This document shows positions 60,551 through 64,000 of a DNA stretch of 64,000 nt, piece by piece (position 1 is the first letter of the stretch; every line of letters begins with the position of its first letter). The position numbers and the translations under genes were made by a program. Source of the DNA: Schmidtea polychroa (taxonomy: Eukaryota). Location: positions 234,300,001 through 234,364,000 of the forward strand of contig CM097885.1 of assembly GCA_044892525.1 (NCBI GenBank), in the 5' to 3' direction. A model generated the notes under the pieces. The model made no database searches. It was not told the origin of the DNA and was given only the letters and a program-made list of their open reading frames with translations.

Positions 60551-61492
60551 CAAGCTCTCTTTTTAATCAATTGATGTGTTTACATTTTCTTCGTAATTGA
60601 AAAAAATAATGTTGCCCGAGTAAGTGTGTATGTTTTTTATTGGTTTAATTTTTCTTTTTTTATTGGATTTACTTCTTATTTATTGGGATAAGTTCATCAT
60701 ATTATAGAATTGACGAATTACAAATGTTTTATAATGACTCTGGATGCTACAACATTGGCATCTAAATATTTTGGAACCATAGAATACACAGGTATTTCAA
60801 CTCCAGTACCTTCCTCAAAATTATCTTTGTATGAATTATTTACACATTAAGAAATTAATTGGGAAACCGTGGAAGATTCAATGGGGGTTTTGCTAATGTT
60901 TTAAAGAAATTGAAAAATTGTCAATGAGTTGCTGTGGAAAACCTTTACTTTTGTTTTCTTCATCCTGTTACTCAGGACTCGCAGTAGTGAGATTTCATTT
61001 ATATCTTACTCTGATTACAGGGCTTATCAAAATAATTTGAACTTTAAAATTTCGATAATTTTTTAATTAATTTTTAAAGCTTTTATATTTAGATATTCTC
61101 TTCAACAAATACAGGAATTATTGAGTCCCATTTGTTGATATAAATTCAATCAAATTCCATATTATTTCATGTCCATTTTAATTGTAGTTAATAATAAAGA
61201 AATTTGAAAATTTTTGTTTTTATTAATCTCCAAAAAATCAAATTAAATTTCTTTGAATTTATAGCAAATTTTCAGCAATGACTTTATCAACTGTTATCTG
61301 TGTTATATGAGATAAAAGATATTTAAATGAAAACGTGATGAAATTTTGCACAAAAGTTGACCCTGGATGAAAATGTTTGTTTGGAAATAGCGAATGATTC
61401 TTTTTTTGACCACTTTAAAGCGAGAAATCAGTTAATTCCGATGATCGTGGTTGATTGTTAATACCATTTTTAATTAAGTAAATAGCAATATG

Positions 61493-64000
61493 CAGCGCCA
61501 GCTTAGGAGCGATGCAGATATGGCAAATATATAGGGCGGCAAATTGACCGAATTTTTTTAAAGTATTTTTAAAATTTAATTAAAATGATTTAAAAAATAT
61601 TAAAAATTATTTATAAAAATTATTAATAATTTGTCTAAATTTTAATGGCTTTCAGAATGTGTATAAAAAATATACATAAGGATAGATATCTATAATAATA
61701 ATAAATATCAATATATTTAATTTTACATAATTGCTATCATTCAACATTCGCGTTAGGCAGGTACAAATTTATATTTAATTCAATTATCATTACATTTTCA
61801 GTTTTATAATTAAATTAAATGTAGAAAAAGTAAAGTTTTTTTAATTATGGACAAGAGAAAAAAGCTTTCTGGTGCTGAATATCGTAAGCAAAAAGTTCAA
61901 AAGGAGTTGTCCATGAGAAACCAAAAAGGTAGTTTAAGGAAATTTTTGAGCACTGCAGAAACATCAAGAATACCTTCTGATTACCTGAGTATGAACACGG
62001 ACGTAACTAATGAAATTGGTAATATTGAAATATTATTTGAAAATGAGGTATATCCAAATCTAAAAAGTGAAACTATTACCAGCAAAAATAATAAAACTGG
62101 ACCAAACGATTATTCAGATATCGGGAAATGGCCACAAAATACTGCACCAAATCGGACCGGTGAGAATCATAGACTATGATTTTCCTGTATAAAGGTGGAA
62201 ATTAAAGAAAATTTTGCATTGAAAACTATTTTAGAAAACTTTGTAATGGAGAGAAATACAATCGTGATTGGTTAGTATATTCAAAATCGAAAGACGTTTT
62301 ATTCTGTTTCTGCTGTAAGTTCTCTGAAAATAACTTTGCACTACATTTAGGGTTGTCACATGTTGACAGGCTCAAAGTAAGACAATCTTAATGGCCATTT
62401 TCCAATTTTAATTCTTGTTTTGGAATATTTGTTGGATTTGCTTTTATGAAATGTGTTGTCATTAATTATAAATCTTATAATTTTTTACAGACAGACGAAC
62501 ACACTAGGGTTGCCACATGTTGAGAGGCTTAAAGTAGGACAAATATCCAAATTGTAAGACTGTCCTACCGAAAGTGGAACGTGTGGCAACTCTAATTAAA
62601 TCATGAGGGTTTCAATGAATGGAAAAACACTAATGGGAGATTGAATATGCATGAAACGAGCTCAGATCATTTAATTGCTTCGAAACGTGGAATGATATGA
62701 TTAAAGGAATAAAGCACGGATCAACAATAAATTCAACGCTCCAAAAAAATGAATGAAAACAAAATGCATTTTTAGAACGACTGTTTTCTTTAATTAAGTT
62801 ACATGACTCTCAAAATATTGCACTTAGAAGCAATTCAGATAAATTATTCAAAGATGACAACGGAATATTTTTGAAAATCATTGAGTTCATGGCAAAGTTC
62901 GATGCAGTAATGAAAGAACATTTAAAACGTATAAAAAATAAAGAAATATATTAGCACTATTTAGGAAAAAATATTCAAAATGAAATTATACAGATTTTGA
63001 ACAAATTTGTTAAAGAAAAGATAATATCTCGATTAAAATAAAATATTATTCTCTGCTTGTTGACTGTACACCGGATATATCGCACACAGGACAATTGACA
63101 TTAATCGTACGTTTTGTATCAATTTTATCGTCTACATTTTCTGGGATTTGAAGATATTTACAGCAGCACGGGACATGGAATGTTTGAGAAAATTCTAGAA
63201 ATGAATATGAAATATCATTATCTGATATAAGATAGCAAGGTTACGACAATGCAAATTTTAGAGCGTTTTCGTACCTTGCTCCGCACATTCTTTAAATTTA
63301 GTTGTCAATGATGCAGCAAGCTGTTGTATAGAAGCTGCAACTTTCTTCGATATTGTACGACATCTATACATTTTTTCTTCGTCCTGTACACAAAGAAGGG
63401 ATATCTTAAAAAATATAAATGGGCTGTCACTAAAATGACTTTATGAAACGAGATGGGCAAGTCGCATTGAAGGACTAAAGCCTATTCAATCTAATTAAAA
63501 GAAATTATAAATGCTCTTAATGCATTTTTGTATGAAGCAACGAATGTGACAACAAAAACTGCAGTCAAAAATAAATCTGAAGCAATTTCCATTTTCGAAA
63601 AAATTGAATGTTTTAAATTTATTTGCAACCTGATTGTCTGGTATGATATTTCAAGTCAAATAAATATTACAAGCAAAGTACTTCAGAAAGAAAATTTTAA
63701 TGTTTCGGAAGCTACAACAATACTTTCTAATGATATTGCCTATTTAAAAAAGTGCAGAACAGATGATAAGTTAAAATGAAGTTATTTAAGAGGCCAAAAA
63801 AATTGCACTACAATTAGAAATTGAGCCAGAGTTTTAGCAAACAAGAAATCGTCACAGAAAAAAGCAATTCGATTATGAGCACCCAGATGAAGTAATGAAT
63901 GATGCAGCACAAAATTTTAAGAATAAATATTTAATAACATCCTTGATCAAGCAATTATGTCATCAAATGATAGGTTTACGTTTATTTAGGAGCACAATAA
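61493..64000 (+). mobile_element. hAT (ZMYM1/TTF-zinc-finger type) transposon with pseudogenised transposase, runs off right edge
   Basis: CAGCGCC left end; fragments KKLSGAEYRK, WLVYS...FCFCCK, NIQNEII, DCTPDISH..QL, CSAHSLNLV and TRW.SR with stops and frameshifts. Confidence 0.9.
62348..62594. mobile_element. Small TIR element (TAGGGTTGYCA ends, hAT-Blackjack-like) inserted in the transposase
   Basis: TAGGGTTGTCACA at 62348, TAGGGTTGCCACA at ~62505 and TGTGGCAACTCTA at the end; TSD not clear. Confidence 0.55.

Overview
AT-rich eukaryotic DNA, most likely from a planarian flatworm. This is inferred from the (AAT)n microsatellites, ~45-55 bp introns and a degenerate planarian-type spliced-leader copy. 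Positions 1-17269 are the 3' part of an apparently intact giant Ty3/Gypsy LTR retroelement. Its single >3,850-aa open frame enters from the left edge. In order it carries a possible death-fold/CARD-like segment, two ubiquitin-like domains, an AT-hook, a Bcl-2-like domain, an internal signal peptide plus a chuvirus-type (class III, gB-like) envelope glycoprotein, PR-RT-RNaseH-integrase, two ankyrin modules and a second type-I membrane protein. Five same-strand accessory ORFs follow, including a complete intronless TRAF. Each is preceded by a poly(A)-like signal and a shared TGT...AG acceptor-like motif just before the ATG, as in an operon. A 629-bp candidate 3' LTR closes the element. Positions 17.5-20.5 kb hold an orphan ORF flanked by two strongly base-paired RNA-like segments. 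The rest is host DNA: a single-exon rhodopsin-class GPCR (minus strand), a multi-exon WDR27 orthologue (plus strand), Penelope-type minimal hammerhead motifs, and many hAT, piggyBac, Tc1/mariner and MULE remnants and MITEs, several of them nested. All family assignments come from motif recognition by eye; no searches were run.
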